Assembly: GCA_964016885.1 (NCBI GenBank)
Contig: CAXHJY010000941.1
Location: forward strand, 62,001 to 126,000
Direction: 5' to 3'
Length of the DNA stretch: 64,000 nt
Source of the DNA: Eledone cirrhosa
Lineage: Eukaryota
Shown in pieces: positions 29,278-43,530 of the stretch (position 1 is the first letter of the stretch; each line of letters begins with the position of its first letter). Both the position numbers and the translations under genes were made by a program. The notes under the pieces are model-generated. The model ran no database searches. It had not been told where the DNA came from and saw only the letters and a list, made by a program, of their open reading frames with translations.

Positions 29278-31561
29278 AAATATATATATATATATATCAT
29301 TATCATCATCATTTAGCATCTATTTTCTATGCTTGCATGGGTCAGACTGGTTGCCCACATTATGAGACAAGTCTGGCCACACCATACCTTGTTCAAATAA
29401 AACTGCATTTTGGTTGAGTACCCTTCTTAACACCAACCACGTATTACACACACAATTCAAATGGTTTTCTGAAGGGAAATGGAAGGGAACCACAATTGAA
29501 TCATCATCATCATCATTGTTTTTACGTCTATTCTTTCGCACTTGCATGGGTCAGATGGGAGTTAAATAAGGTACTCAAATACATTAGTAGAGAAAGTACA
29601 TATATTTTTTCATATAGAAATTACTTCAATAGGACTAGAATTGATTCATTCATTTTAAATCATCAGGAATGTATATATATATGTGTATCTCTGTGTATGA
29701 AATGCAGTGCGTCTAAAAGCTTCAGCTAATTGAAATTATTCTTGCAGTTTAGAGACAAGATCTCCTTTGTCTAAAAACATCAAGCGAGGAAGTTACCTCT
29801 AATAGGATGAGTTTTTTCATGTTATCGAGAATAATAGATTTTTGCCTCTAGATATATACAAGGAATTCTAAACATGATAAAATATAAAGGTTGTCCAGCA
29901 TTTCACATCACAGGGAAATAATCCTCTGAATTTATGTCCTCAACTGAAATAATCAACGAATGACAAAAAGAAATAAAAAATGAAGAGAAAAAAAGGAGAG
30001 CAGTTTTTTAGTTTATTATCTCCCCCAAACAAAATACTCTCTCTGTACACACACACACACACCACACACACACATTGATTTGTTATTTGTGTACTGTTAC
30101 TCTGTGATAAAAATCTTTCTGCTTGACTAATAAAATTCTTCTGAGTGGTGGAACAATAGTGGCCATATTTCTAACAAAACAATTCCAAGATAATACTTAT
30201 CAAAAAACAAATGATTTTCCTATATATTTCTTAATCTGAGAAACCTTTGATAGTCTACACTCAGAAATTTAGGTATAAATTGATAGAATTGTACATATAC
30301 ACACATGCATGTATATTTTCTGGTAGTTTGTTAAAGTTATCTGACAAATTTGACTCGGTAGTGAGCAATCCCACCTTTATGTATGAAATTACATTGACTA
30401 AGGGGTGTTTTCTTTGTGTAACTCTACTATTTATTACTAGTGTAACACATTACATACGCCTTCTTTGATTAAATTGCTCTTTATTTACCAATATAAAAAG
30501 TCTCTCTTTTTCCTTTTCTTGCTGATAAATGCTCCGCTACTAGGCCCTCATTTTTATCTCTTCTTTATCTCAACACATGACTTTGAAAGAGACATAACAT
30601 GTTTATCTGCTCTTTTCTACACTTACTTTTTTGACAATAGTTTATTTATATTTCCTTCCTTCAATGTGTGAATGGAATAGTTGTCATCATCAACATTATC
30701 ACCATCATCATCATTATTATCATTAGCATCAGTTACCGTATAAGCAAGACAAGGTCAGCCAACTGGACACTGCCCACAACAGGACAACCTGTCTAACCCA
30801 TGTTAGCGTCGAAGAACGGACATAAAACGGTGATGATGATGATAATGACCACTATCATCATCATTCTCATCATCATGATCATTTTTCCTCTTCCTCCTCA
30901 CCATCATCATCATCACTATCGTTTTACATTCATTTTCCATGCTAGCATTGATTGAGTGTAACATTTTTAGGCAGTGTTCTATTGTCTTTCATGATGACAA
31001 CCCTCACTAGTTTTTTTTTTTTTAAGTGAAGTACTAATTTTTGCATGCATGTCAAACTCCTGAGTTGTAGGACATTTGTGATTGCTGGAAGATGGATGTT
31101 AAATAGTGCTGCTGATGATGATGATGGTTATATATATATATATGTATATATCTATATATAATGTTAATAAATATGAAGACACTGTTCTGCTTTTCCATAC
31201 TTTGATTAATTGAATAATTACCATCATGTACTTTTCAGAGGTATTTGACTATTGTTACATAAGAATAACTCAAGTCGAGCACATCCTCATTAAAACGCAC
31301 TTTCCAAAGTTGATGGCATGAAGACTGAAGGACGTAGGTTGTTATTCTTACGTAACAATTGTTTGACATCTCTGAAATGTACATAACAGTTGTTATTCAA
31401 TAAATTGAAGTATGGAAACGTAGAACTGTGACTTCATATTTATTAACATACCAATACTTAGATAGATAGATACAACAGATGTGGACTACTAAAGCCTGAT
31501 TACAGTGATAAAATGCAACACTGACAATCAACTAAAATTGAAATTAAGACTATATATATAT

Positions 31562-31953
31562 ATATTGGTAAACGGAATAGAAAATGCTGACAAATTGTTC
31601 ACAGTTGAAAAATGGTTTAATTAGGAATAAAAGAGTATTAATAATTGTATGGGTTAGTATTCAGTTGTGGTTTTAAGTTTTTAAGTTTTTACCGGTTGCG
31701 CATTTCTAAATGCTTTTCAAAAATAATTTTGAGACAGAGTGTCCGTGCTGTTTGCTCTGATCTGAGCAAACAGCACGGACACTCTGTCTCAAAATTATTT
31801 TTGAAAAGCATTTAGAAATGCGCAACCGGTAAAAACTTAAAACCACAACTGAATACTAACCCATACAATTACTAATACTCTTTTATTCCTAATTAAACCA
31901 TTTTTCAACTGTGAACAATTTGTCAGAATTTTCTATTCCGTTTACCAATATAT
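31562..31953. repeat. ~390-bp near-perfect palindrome without spacer, TA-flanked, with a hammerhead-like motif in each arm
   Basis: Arms mirror around GCTCTGATCTGAGC (~31755-31768). The right arm has TTTT-TTGAAAA-GCATTT-ag-AAATGC-GCAA-CCGG-TA-AAAA at ~31797-31835. Confidence 0.92.
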
Positions 31954-32721
31954 AATAACTTGTGTGTTACACCTCTATTCTTTTAACTATATATATATAT
32001 ATAATGGATTCCCAGATAGTTTCTAGTTACCAAATTTACCTAAAGGAATTGGCTGACCTGAAGCTTTAGTAGAAGTCATTTACCCAAGGTGCTATGCAGT
32101 GGGATAGAACCCAAAGTAAACTTCTTAATCACATAGAATAAATGTTGAAAATGAACTCTGTCAATTATTAATTTGAACCATCCTTAACCAGCTGTCAACT
32201 AACTTTGTTTATAACTTGATAATGGTTTGCTATGGAATGGCCATATTAATCACTTCCTCATTGAATTAAACAAATTCAAACACATTTTGTTTCAATTGCA
32301 TTACAGTTTGTCAAGAACTAACTGCAGTGTATTTTTATTTTCATTTATCATTTATGGGATCTGATTATGTTCCTTAACATCTTAAATAAATTATAACTTT
32401 ATCACAATTATACAAAAAATAAATGTATTGAAGGATATAAATGTATCTGAGTATAATGCCTATAAAATTGTTACAGCATAATGTTATAAAATTTAATGAA
32501 TCTAATATTTAGTTGTGAATATATAGAGGCTGTTACCAGCATTTGTAATAATTTGTTTATGATGATCTTTAGAATTCCTTCTCATGCCAGAATTGTGTAC
32601 ATCATCACCACGACCATGACCACAACAGACACCACCATCAACAACAACACCACCACTACAACTACCACTATCATCATCATCACCATGACAAGCAGGATCT
32701 TGACCACTATCAAAGGAAACA

Positions 32722-33680
32722 AAAATGGTTTTTAGTAGAGTTTTCCTTGGAGTCACGACTTTTCCTTTTATCTTGTGTGTGCATGTGTGTGTTTCGTTGC
32801 AAATGTATAGGTTTGCTTAGAGATGTGTATAAAACTGGTTATTCCCATCTATTTATTGTCTAATGGGGGACAATTACATATCATAAATAAATAGTGATCT
32901 ATAAATAGAAATAACCAGTTTACACACATCTGTAGATAAGCCTATACATCTCAAACCGCACATACCACAAGATAAAAGAAAAAATCATAGCTCCAAGGAA
33001 ACCTCTTGGAAAAAACCATTTTTTTCATTTCCTTGCTTTCTTTTTTTTCTACAAATCTTTCTGAAACTTATTCTTTATACTCCACCCCCAAAGGACCACT
33101 TTTAATCACCTTTATACCTATATTGGTATTTTTATTTTACTTCCCTTTTTTTTATCTGCAAACCCTAAAAATAATCTTGATCTCTTGACACAAGAGAACC
33201 CCCCCCCCCCCACACACACACAAATACACATGCACCACAATACAAAAGAAAAACTCCATATCCACTCTTAGCTATTTTTAGCTATTTTCACAAACTCTGA
33301 AAATAACTTTTGAGAAACCCACCTAAATTAAATGCCTCACAGTACTGAACATCAAACAAAAGTGCCATCTGGACCATTATTGTGAATAGTAAAAAAAATG
33401 TTCTATTTTAACCAAGTGGAACCTGTTGAACCCTACTTCCATAAAGAACATATATATAAGAAAAGATTTTGACAGAAAATTCACATATCCGCTAACTGCT
33501 CACAGAATATGAAAACAAACTTTTTTTAAATATTTGATAAGATTAACATACTAATCAAAACCGGTAATATTTGATAAAATTTAAATTCATTTAATGTAAT
33601 AATTATAAAAATATTCATTTTGTCGGATTAAAGAAAAAATAATCTTTATAAATACCCGTGCTTTTTTCAGTTTTACTTAT
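32722..33680 (+). mobile_element. Old PLE 3' UTR/pLTR remnant with diverged 5' inversion (~32722-32870)
   Basis: Homologous to 46830-47540. Hammerhead-like motif at 33529-33571. The left part is an imperfect inverted copy of ~32905-33022. Confidence 0.7.
33529..33571 (+). ncRNA. Decayed U3-A8 hammerhead-like motif
   Basis: AAUAU-UUGAUAA-GAUUA-acauac-UAAUC-AAAA(for GAAA)-CCGG-UA-AUAUU. Confidence 0.55.
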
Positions 33681-35560
33681 ATATATATATATATGTGTAC
33701 AGTTGTAGGTAGAAGTAAAAGAAAAGAGAAACTAACACATCTTGTGAAAGTTGAATATTTATATTAACAGTTTGACTTAACTCTGGACTGCCATCTGTTT
33801 CATGATGAAAATATGTTTAAATCATCAGGTCCATTTTGAGAAAAGTAAAACATGATGGAGAATGGAGTTCGAAGCCATGCTGCTAAAGGTTCAGGTCATG
33901 TGGTTGTGTTGATAAGTAATCAACAGTATGAGGAAGCTGGCATCTTGGGAGCACCAGTAATATCAATAGAATCCAGTGACATTGCATGTATGATCTTATT
34001 GGCATCCTAGTGGTATCAATGAGACTGGTGGGTCTTCTTTGGGAATGTGGTGTCTCTGGACGTTGTACTCTTGGTCATGGAGACTCCATATCAAATGGAA
34101 CAGGTCGATGTAATTCTCTGTGATCCTGCATCTAAATGATTGAATGTGTGGGGTTAATCTACCCTTGAACTCATTGGTTGTTAGGAAACCATCTGGTTGT
34201 ATGAAGGTGACTCTGTAGAATTCAGGCAGGATTTATCTAGAGGATAGTTAGTAAGGTTTTGGTAATTTCAGGCTGTCGTATGTGTTGGGGCTTGTGTGTA
34301 TGTATGCCTTTTTCTGTTATAACATATGATATTTGAAGCGATGCTATTCAAGTAGGATTAACTAACATTGCTTCAAACATTGCATATTGGTATATGTGTG
34401 TGTACATACATATCTAATTCTTGAAAAATTGTAATTTAAAATCTGGGATTCCTCCTCAGAGCTAAGAAAAGCTTCATTCCTGAACTGTTGTTGACTCTAT
34501 TCATTATACAGATGTAACCACCACTTGGGCACTGCTCTCTCTCTCTCTCCCTCCCTCACACATGAACACCATGACTATCCTGTTGATTGAGAATGTTGCT
34601 CTTACCAACACATTGCAGCTGCTAGCCTCACAAACATGCTATATCCTCTCACCATTTCTTCAGCTGATGCTACAATCTGCACAGCACCTAATTTTATTTA
34701 AAACAACTCGTATATATTCTTGTGCTTCACATGAGGTTTCACACTCTGAACCATGTGCTAAATATTTAGCCTAGTCCTTTTTTTTTGTCCTTCCCATATT
34801 TCTCTACATAATTTCAAGCTGAACATCTGCACCAACTTCACCTGTTTAAATGAGAGTATTATAAGTTATGGGTCTCTACTATACAAAGTAACTAATAAAC
34901 CAGATATTTGTCTTGCACTCAAATGAACACAAATTGATATCACTAGCAACGTTGAGAGTTATATTGCTTTTGATTCTTTGTGTACCCAAGTTTTCTAATT
35001 TATTTTGTGTGCCTCTATGTTTACTCTGCATGTTTCTTCTAACTAGTTCCTAAAGAATTGTTTTATGTTACTGATACATTTGAAGAAAATATTGTTTTAT
35101 ATCCTCATACTACAACTCTGAACTTGATTATCTGAATTTTATTTGAAAAAATAATAATCAGTTAACAAGAATAATGAATACATTGAAAGAGCTGATTCTT
35201 TTCCATTATTTATTAATTTAATTAATTTTCTTTCTATTCAATATGGATATTTTTCTCCTTTTGGGAATTTATGCTAATTCTTCAAATGAAAACTCTGAAT
35301 ATGAAATTTAATTGTTGTAATATAGAATATATACATTACTTCAATGCTGATATTTTTCAATCTCAAATAAAACCATTAACAAGATAGCTAATTCATTGAG
35401 AACTGTTTGTATATGTCAATCCTTATGCTAACATCTACTTGATTTATCTTCTAAATCCATGAACAACTAAATTGATACAAAGCTATATTTGTGTTTCTGG
35501 CAGTAGTGAATGCATGAGAAAAAGCAAAATTACACATGATTATACATCATTGCTCTATCT

Positions 35561-35660
<100 letters not shown>

Positions 35661-35688
35661 CACACACATATATATATATATATATATA

Positions 35689-36002
35689 GGAGAAAGTATG
35701 ACCCCGACGGCAGAGCTCAAGCCGTTTCGACGGCTATTTCTGGACTAAAGAGTTTTTTTAGTCTGGTAAATAAATAGCCAAACTTATCAAGGGGTACTTC
35801 CTTATATAGTTGTCAAGAGGATTGGTCAAAATTTGTAGCAGACACAGAAAAGTCTATCATTGACAACTACAATCTTCCCATATAAGAAGTACCCCTTGAT
35901 AAGTTTGACTATTTATTTACCAGACTAAAAAATACTCTTACTTTAGTCCAGAAATAGCCGTCGAAACTGCTTGAGCTCTGCCGTCAGGGTCATACTTTCT
36001 CC
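35689..36002. repeat. Foldback element with ~125-bp imperfect inverted arms
   Basis: GGAGAAAGTATGACCC...CTTATCAAGGGGTACTT mirrored by AAGTACCCCTTGATAAG...GGGTCATACTTTCTCC. A related fragment lies at 25153-25213. Confidence 0.85.
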
Positions 36003-36892
36003 TATTACCCACTCTACTACCCTAAGTATTGAGTACTCTGGTGCAATATGGTCCATCTGGTTCCTTACCACAACTCCTTTGTTATATATGTATATATATA
36101 TATATATGTATATATATACACACCAATCTATCCATTCATCCATCAATCTATCCATGAGTTAATGTATTTAATGAATAGTCATGAATATAAATACAAATGG
36201 AAAAATATAATTGGAGTTATAAAATAGTATGTACAGTACATGGATATAAGAAATGTAAAAAAAGATTTAAATAAAACAATACAACATACATCTAGATTTA
36301 TTTCATATACCAATATGTGTTTATTTTATGTATATACTGAAAACTGAAAGTTCACTTGCAATATTGGGCTGAATATATCTTGAACCAAATACAAAAGTAA
36401 TATGACTAAATAATTAAGTTAAAAATCATTATTTATAATAAATACTGTTGTGCAACAATTTATATATTTTATATCATACAAAAAGAGATATACATTGGCT
36501 ATATATGTATACTTTGTGCACTATGATAGCAATTATTGAACTGATTTTTTATTTGTTTTATATGTTCAATGTAAAGTCTATTACATGTAAATATCTATAT
36601 TTTATTATCACCTATTTTCCATCATCATTGAAAGCACACATACACCAGTAAAGATATGAAGTGCATTATGAGCTATGAGCATAGTGGGGAATAAATTGTT
36701 GCACATCAGTTATGTGGTGCAATCTCTAATGTGAACCAGTGTCTGGACTTAATGGCAAGATAAATGAGATGATTAAAGTGAATCTAGTATGTGACTCACT
36801 ACTGGAGTGGATTTTATAGATGTCTAGGTTTAGCTGAATACAGCAATGAAAGCTCTTCTTCTTTCATATGAAATAGAAATTATGTGACATAC

Positions 36893-37067
36893 CCCAGGCA
36901 CTGTAACCAGCTCATGGTAGTGAGATTAGAGAATGTGAAGTTCACAGTCTCTTGTTGGTGGAGATCTGAGAACTCACTTATTGTGTGTTCTGCAGTCTGC
37001 TCTGGTGAGCCACACTGATATTCAGTTGGGTCGGTTGAGGTGTCTTTTGCCAGATAGCTCTCCACAT
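36893..37067 (-). CDS. Candidate internal coding exon of an unidentified host gene
   Basis: CATGCTTCAG acceptor, GTATGT donor, GC-richer than its flanks, open frame (D)VESYLAKDTSTDPTEYQCGSPEQ...SWLQCLG. Confidence 0.35.
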
Positions 37068-38589
37068 CTGAAGCATGTTGAAACTTTAGCTAATGCAGTG
37101 CTAACAAGATATGGGTCACTATGACTTGCCTAGTTTGGTATCATATCAACATATACATTATGTATTTTAAAGTATATTTGGCTCATACTGACCAAGATAT
37201 GTGATTAGTACTGATGTAAATGAAACATTTATCTTTGATACATGCAAGGTTTCAAAATACGTGTCTTTGCAAAATACGCGTAAAAATTACTTTAGAGACA
37301 AAGAGCTAGAAATGTAAAATGAAAGAGTTGTCTGAATATGTTTTGTGGGTTTTAATTAAAATCTATCTTTAAAATGTAAAATTATGAATAATATATAGTT
37401 AAGTTAGTGTTAAAATGTTTAACGCAGAGAGCATTAAAAATCTAACTAATAACTATAAACAGGCATAGTTTTAATTACACTGAAGCCATTCAAGACTAAA
37501 CTATGTCAAAATTGCTACTCTATTGCTGTTGGGACATATAATTGTCTCACAGTGTTGTAAACACAAAACTGTTTTAGAGTAAGGCTAGAATTCTTTTCTT
37601 ATTTACAATTAATTCATATTCCTGTGCATCACATATTTATATATTGACAAACGTTTGTTTGTCAATTCTGCCTTCTGAGATAAAATTTGTTTAAAGCGGT
37701 ATATTTATTTTTTTCAACACAGAGAAACTATTTAAATTTCTAGATAAAAATAATAAAATAAGATGCTGAGGTTACAGAAATCGTTTAATCATTACAATTA
37801 TTTCCACAGTTCTCCATGCAATCGAGAAGTCCTTTATGCATTTGTTGTTGTTATTAGAACGGTATCCTCAGATGATATCTGATTTGTTTGATATGCCTCT
37901 GGCAGGAAAAAACACACGCCCTATTGCTTGTGTGTCCACCATTTTAGATATATATTTTTTATTCTTCTTAGTTACTGTATTATAATTTTCTGTTATATCA
38001 ATTCACTTTAGATTGCTAAATTTTAACACATACACAAATCTCTTCAACATTTTAGTCATACTATTTTTTAAATTTGTATTTTGATTTTCACATTGTCCTA
38101 TGACTCAAATACAGCCAAACCTAGCATAGAACTAAAGTTGTAACTCTGTATTTTTGTTTGTGTGAACCAGGATTTTAGTGAAAAGTGTCTATAACATAAG
38201 CCATTTGGCTGAAAATAACTTTCAGTACATTTTTGAATTCTGAATTCTCAAAACCAAATAAATTTTTTCTTTATTTTATCAATACAAAATGTCATTTCCA
38301 GCCATTTGTGGAAGAGAGACTATAGAAAGTAATGCACACAGGCACAAACCAACTCTCAGACATATATACAAAAACACGTACACATGCACATACATATATA
38401 GTATAAACACAAGATTTAGACACATAAATAGAACACATACTTTAAAAAATACATTTAATCTTGAAAGCATGCACACAAACAATAAAAATCATAACACACA
38501 TAAACACAGAATACATAGACACATACAGAAGATAAAACATAATTTTATTTTCACCTTTTTAGGTGGCTAAAATAAGATTTAATGGTATA

Positions 38590-38649
<60 letters not shown>

Positions 38650-38650
<1 letters not shown>

Positions 38651-39400
38651 AGCTCATTATAACATTAGATTATGCAATGAGAATTGTCACAGCGGATCAA
38701 TTAGCTGGATACACACTCACCAAGAAGAGTGGGCCAAATCACGCAACTAAGTTAATAGCAGATACAGATTTTGCAGACGATATTGCATTGTTATCTAAAC
38801 TAGTTAAAGATGTCAACTATTGTTTAAAAGAATGTAAATTGCAGCTGTGCAAATTGACCTACACTTATACGAGTCAAAGACTGAGTTCATATCTCTAAAT
38901 CAACTTCCAGTAGGCATCACCACTTTAAGGGGGTCCAAGCTAAAAGAGATGAAAGTACTTTGGAGCCTGGACAATTAACTTAGTAAAGGATATTAATGCT
39001 CATATAGCTCAAGCTTAGTTGACATCTAACAAAATGGAAATAATATGGAAATCAAATCTAAATCCAGACTCAAAGCTTAGATACTTCAGGGCAACAATAG
39101 AAAGTGTATTGATGTACTGTACCAAAATATGGAAATTAACGAAGGTCTTCCAAAACTGCTTGAACAGTACCCAGACAAGATTATTACAAGCAGTACTCAA
39201 CACAGCATGGAGGAAACATAAAACTAATGCTGAACTTTATTGTAGTCTACCACTAATAACATATGCTGTACCAACAAAGATTAATGTTCATTGGTCACTG
39301 TTGGAGAAGCAAAGACAAATCAATACATTAAATATGGAAGCCTACTTATGGCAAAAGATCAAGATGAAGACTTCACTTTACATTCTATACCAACTGGTAA
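38650..39400 (+). pseudogene. Decayed non-LTR RT fragment (RTE-like, distinct family)
   Basis: IITLDYAMR...IADTDFADDIALLS, then IWKSNL...YFRATIESVLMY. Frameshifted. Confidence 0.8.
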
Positions 39401-39499
39401 AGAATTGGAGAATCTGCCTACTGCTAGGGAAAACCATATCTATTGAGTTGTATTTAACTATGTTTATTGCTGCTAAGATATCAGGGTACCAAACATTAT

Positions 39500-39668
39500 G
39501 TCAGATATAGTGTGTTGGGGGTTAACATCATTGACAACCCAGATCAGTCTTATTAGGATTGCTAAAAACAGAGCAGTATTGTTTCAGCAGTATCTCACTC
39601 ATAGTTTCAGCATCATCATTGGGAGTGTTATTTTCATCAATCAGAGGGCCAACAGTGGAGATAGCCAC
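39500..39668 (-). pseudogene. CR1/Jockey-like LINE fragment (EN-RT linker)
   Basis: VGPLIDENNTPNDDAETMSEILLKQYCSVFS. Confidence 0.55.
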
Positions 39669-39675
39669 TATATAT

Positions 39676-40015
39676 ATCATCATCATCATCATCATTTTAC
39701 GTCCCCTTTTCCCTGCTTGCAAGGGTGGGACGGGAACTGATTCTGGCTTGATTTCTACAGCTGGATGCCCTTCCTAACACCAACCTCATTTACAGTGAGT
39801 GCTGGGTGCCTTTTTGCCATGCCACCTCCATGACCACTTTACAGTGGAATGATAGGGACCCCAGTCCCTATCATCTCATTTCTACAGCTGAGTAAACTGG
39901 AGCAATGTGAAATAAAGTGTCTTGCTCAAGGAAACAACACATCACCCAGTCTGAGAATTGAACTGACAACCACCTTTCAATTGAAAGGCCAATGCTCTAA
40001 CCACTAAGCCATGTG

Positions 40016-40017
<2 letters not shown>
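39676..40017 (-). mobile_element. Full-length tRNA/CORE-type SINE with RTE-derived 3' tail
   Basis: tRNA-like head, CORE-like block, tail shared with 54833-54929, (GAT)n end. Confidence 0.88.
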
Positions 40018-40070
<53 letters not shown>

Positions 40071-40071
<1 letters not shown>

Positions 40072-40577
40072 AATACAAAGTAAAAACCTACTACAGTCAG
40101 TAGGCATCTCTATCAAAACACACCCCCGTCCCACCACCTCCACCCCACCCACACCGCCCCTTTCAATGTAAAGTTATGTTGGTCCCACAACATCCAGGCC
40201 GAAACAAATGAGATCGTGTAGGTGTCACGACAAAAAACACACAGTCCACGCTGTAAATGTGGCCGTGTAGGCAACACGGTAAAAACCTCCCAGCCCCACA
40301 CTGTAAATGTGGTTGGTGTTAGGAAGGGCATCCAACTGTAGAAAACCCGCCAGACAGTCCACGCTGTAATGTGGCCGTGTAGGCAACACGGTAAAAACCT
40401 CCCAGCCCCACACTGTAAATGTGGTTGGTGTTAGGAAGGGCTTCCAACTGTAGAAAACCCGCCAGACAGTCCTATGCGAGCAAGACAACCACTCTTGCCT
40501 CAAGTGGGAAAACCCCCGTCCAAACCCATGCAAGCGTGGAACACGGACGCTAAACCTGATGATGATGATGATGATGA

Positions 40578-40581
<4 letters not shown>
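40071..40581 (+). mobile_element. RTE family A 3' UTR with internal ~113-bp tandem duplication
   Basis: Matches 22241-22637. ACAGTCCACGCTGTAA...CCGCCAG is repeated at ~40241 and ~40354. Confidence 0.92.
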
Positions 40582-40617
<36 letters not shown>

Positions 40618-40626
40618 AAAAAAAAA

Positions 40627-40701
40627 AGAGAATAAGAAGCACCAAAGAGTCAATATGCTATTAGACTAATAGCATATTGACTTTTTAGTGCTTCTTATTC
40701 T
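40627..40701. repeat. Hairpin with ~36-bp arms and 1-nt loop
   Basis: AGAATAAGAAGCACCAAAGAGTCAATATGCTATTAG-A-CTAATAGCATATTGACTTTTTAGTGCTTCTTATTCT (2 mismatches). Confidence 0.88.
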
Positions 40702-40803
40702 TTATTTATCAGCCCAGCATGAACCCCATTGCATCAACCTTTCAACCCTCTGGTAAAGTTTATACCCAATAATAGCAACACTGTTATTATTATTATTATT
40801 GTG

Positions 40804-40834
<31 letters not shown>

Positions 40835-41125
40835 TTCAAGAGTAACTAATCTTAAAGAGAGAGATGGTGAGGGCATAGGAGAGGAGAGATTGGTGAATTA
40901 GTTAGAAGCCAAAGCGTAAAGGCATGTGCTCAAAGTGCAATATGCAGTGGAAAGCAGCTAGGTGGCTGGGTTCATGCAGAAGTTAGGTGCGCAGAGCTGG
41001 AAATATTTATTAGTTAAGCAAAACAAGACCACAAATTTCACAAGGAAGACATTATTGAAAGATTGTCAGCATATTTTAGTTTGATGTAAAGAATGTAGAG
41101 AATAATAATAATAATATTAATAATA

Positions 41126-41313
41126 ATTGTTTCTACTTTAGGCACAAGGCCAGCAATTACCCAGGGCATTACTGGTACTTTATTTTATCGACCCCGTAAG
41201 GATGAAAGGCAAAGTCAACCTCGGCGGGATTTGAACTCAGATCGTAAAGGGACGTAACTAAGCTGGAAAGCATGGCGTCCGACCCTCTACTGATACTGCC
41301 AATCCACCGCCCT
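41126..41313 (-). mobile_element. tRNA-derived SINE, second family (Meta-domain-like)
   Basis: Minus strand: GGCGGTGGATTGGCAG..., GAGTTCAAATCC B box, GAGGTTGACTTTGCCTTTCATCCTTACGGGGTCGATAAAATAAAGTACCAG, (ATT)n tail. The domain name is from recall. Confidence 0.8.
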
Positions 41314-41327
41314 TAAATAATAATAAT

Positions 41328-42030
41328 GTCCGTTTACAATTGTTTCGCTACTCCATATAATATCTCTGGATCAAATGACTATATATGATTATTGATCTGG
41401 TTCAGTTGAAAATAATTAAAGATAGGGCGGCTCATCGGAACTTCAAAGGAATATACATTAAAATAAGGAAAGAATGTTACATAATGTAATGTTCCATATA
41501 TTGGTATTTCACTATGGTGTCCTGGTTGTATCAATTGTCTGCCATAATCAAGCAGTATTCTTCTGCCGAGGCTGCATTGTGTGAGATCTGCCTATGGGTA
41601 ACAAGATGGCCGCCAATGGACATATTTACCTTACTAATTAGAGGGCGGTTTCAGGGGAAGTAACTCCTCGAGAGATAGGAAATTGTGGGTAGTTTATAAT
41701 TAAGTGCTAATTTTTTAATTGAGAGACAATGTAGGGGAGGTAACTTATAATTATCTAAGTTAGTTATAGCTATTTAACTTATTAGCTACAAGTAAACATG
41801 GGGCTAGATGACTATGTTGGGTCAAGTATTCTGTTGGTGAAGGAATTAGCCCTTCGATGTTGACAGCTAATAGTTACCTCCGTTCTATCGTTAATCGGTA
41901 GAGGCCGTGATAGAGTTATGTAATATGCTTCGGTAATACAGAGATCATAAGATTTTCTTCGTCCATTGAACGGTTGGGCCCTAGCTAAGATATCCCATGT
42001 TAGTGAGTGTTCAATGTTGGTTAATTTAAT
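41328..42030 (-). mobile_element. Old PLE 3' fragment (third family) with decayed hammerhead at 41332-41441
   Basis: Minus-strand translation WDILARAQPFNGRRKSYDLCITEAYYI...INDRTEVTISCQHR resembles PLE endonuclease C-termini. GUU-CCGAUGA...GAAA-CAAUUG-UA-AAC. Confidence 0.65.
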
Positions 42031-42082
42031 CTTTTAATAATGTCTTCCTTGTGAAATTTGTGGTCTTGTTTTGCTTAACTAA

Positions 42083-42114
<32 letters not shown>

Positions 42115-42117
<3 letters not shown>

Positions 42118-42533
42118 TCATCATCATCATCATCAACGTTTAACGTCCGTGTTCCACGCTTGCATGGGTTTGGATGGGGGTATTCCCACTTGAGGCAAGA
42201 GTGATTGTCTTGCTCGCATAGGACTGTCTGGCAGGTTCTCTACAGTTGGATGCCCTTCCTAACACCAACTACATTTACAGTGTGGGTCTGGGAGGTTTTT
42301 ACCGTGTTGCCTACATGGCCACATTACAGCGTGGACTGTGTTTTTTTGTCGTGACACCTACACGATCTCATTTGTTTCGGCCTGGATGGCGCGGCACCAA
42401 CATAACTTTACATAGAACGGGGTGGTGTGGATGGGGTGGGGGTGGTGGGACGGGGTGTATTTTGTTAGAGATGCCTACTGGCTGTAGTAGGTTTTACTAT
42501 GTATTTAGGTAAGGCGGGTCTTCTCTGTTACTG
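42115..42533 (-). mobile_element. RTE family A 3' end
   Basis: Reverse complement of ~5404-5806 with (GAT)n tail. Confidence 0.93.
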
Positions 42534-42554
42534 ATATATATATATATATATATA

Positions 42555-42710
42555 TGGAGGCACATGGCTTAGTGGTTTGAGCATTGGGCTTGCAATCGAA
42601 AGGTTATGAGTTCAATTCTCAGACTGGGTGATGTGTTGTTTCCTTGAGCAAGACACTTTATTTCACATTGGTCCAGTTTACTCAGCTGTAGAAATGAGAT
42701 GATAGGGACT
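42555..42710 (+). mobile_element. CORE-type SINE 5' half
   Basis: GGAGGCACATGGCTTAGTGG...GAGTTCAATTC...CCTTGAGCAAGACACTTTA. Confidence 0.85.
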
Positions 42711-43530
42711 GCATATATGTACTCTGTGTTTTTGCATTTATTCACTATTGGTTCTGTTCTTTTCTTTTCTTTTGTGTACTTTATGTCTGTTTTTCTTTGA
42801 TTTTGTTCCATGTGATTGAAATTATGACTGTGTACCAGATTGCTAATGCCTTGAACCCTGTAGTTTGCCCTCCGTTATAATGTACGGCACTGTCGTTCAA
42901 TATGTGGATAGAGTAACTGTGACACTAGAATCCCTCTCAGAACTTATTACTTAAACATCCCTCTCCATATTATTTACTCACTTCAATCTATATCTTTACT
43001 CAATCCGAATTATCACTTGAAATATTTTTGAATTTCGAATTTTTTAATTTTTTAATTGTTTAATTTATAATCTCTGATATTTGATTTAGGATTTTAATTT
43101 TTAATTTTTATTTCCAACTCTCACTCTTAACTTCCAATGTAAAACCATGGTACCTAGAATTAAGTTTATTTTCCCTTATGAGTTGATGGTCAGTCTTGCT
43201 GTCAACGCTTAGTGAAAGGTAGTATTATGACCTATAAAAACTAACACCCTCCCATCTCCTCTGGCTTTCGGCTGACTGCCACAGTCGTAAACTTTAGTAG
43301 GGCATAGGTGGGCCATTGTTTTGGCTGAGAGGGTGAACTGACAGCGAATTTCGTTGAAATCTGCGGTGGCTAATGGTCAACTTCCTTCGGACATGCGCTT
43401 GTGCAGACCGGTGGGGGTGAATTGGTACTCACAAGGGAACGGATGAAAAACCCAAAAGCACGAACTTCATCCGTTCCCATGTCGATTCAATTTGGATTGC
43501 CTCGGAAACATAACCTTATTATGTAACAAG

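Noticed and set aside
42555-42630. tRNA gene
   Set aside because: The tRNA-like head continues into a SINE CORE block and lacks a complete acceptor stem.
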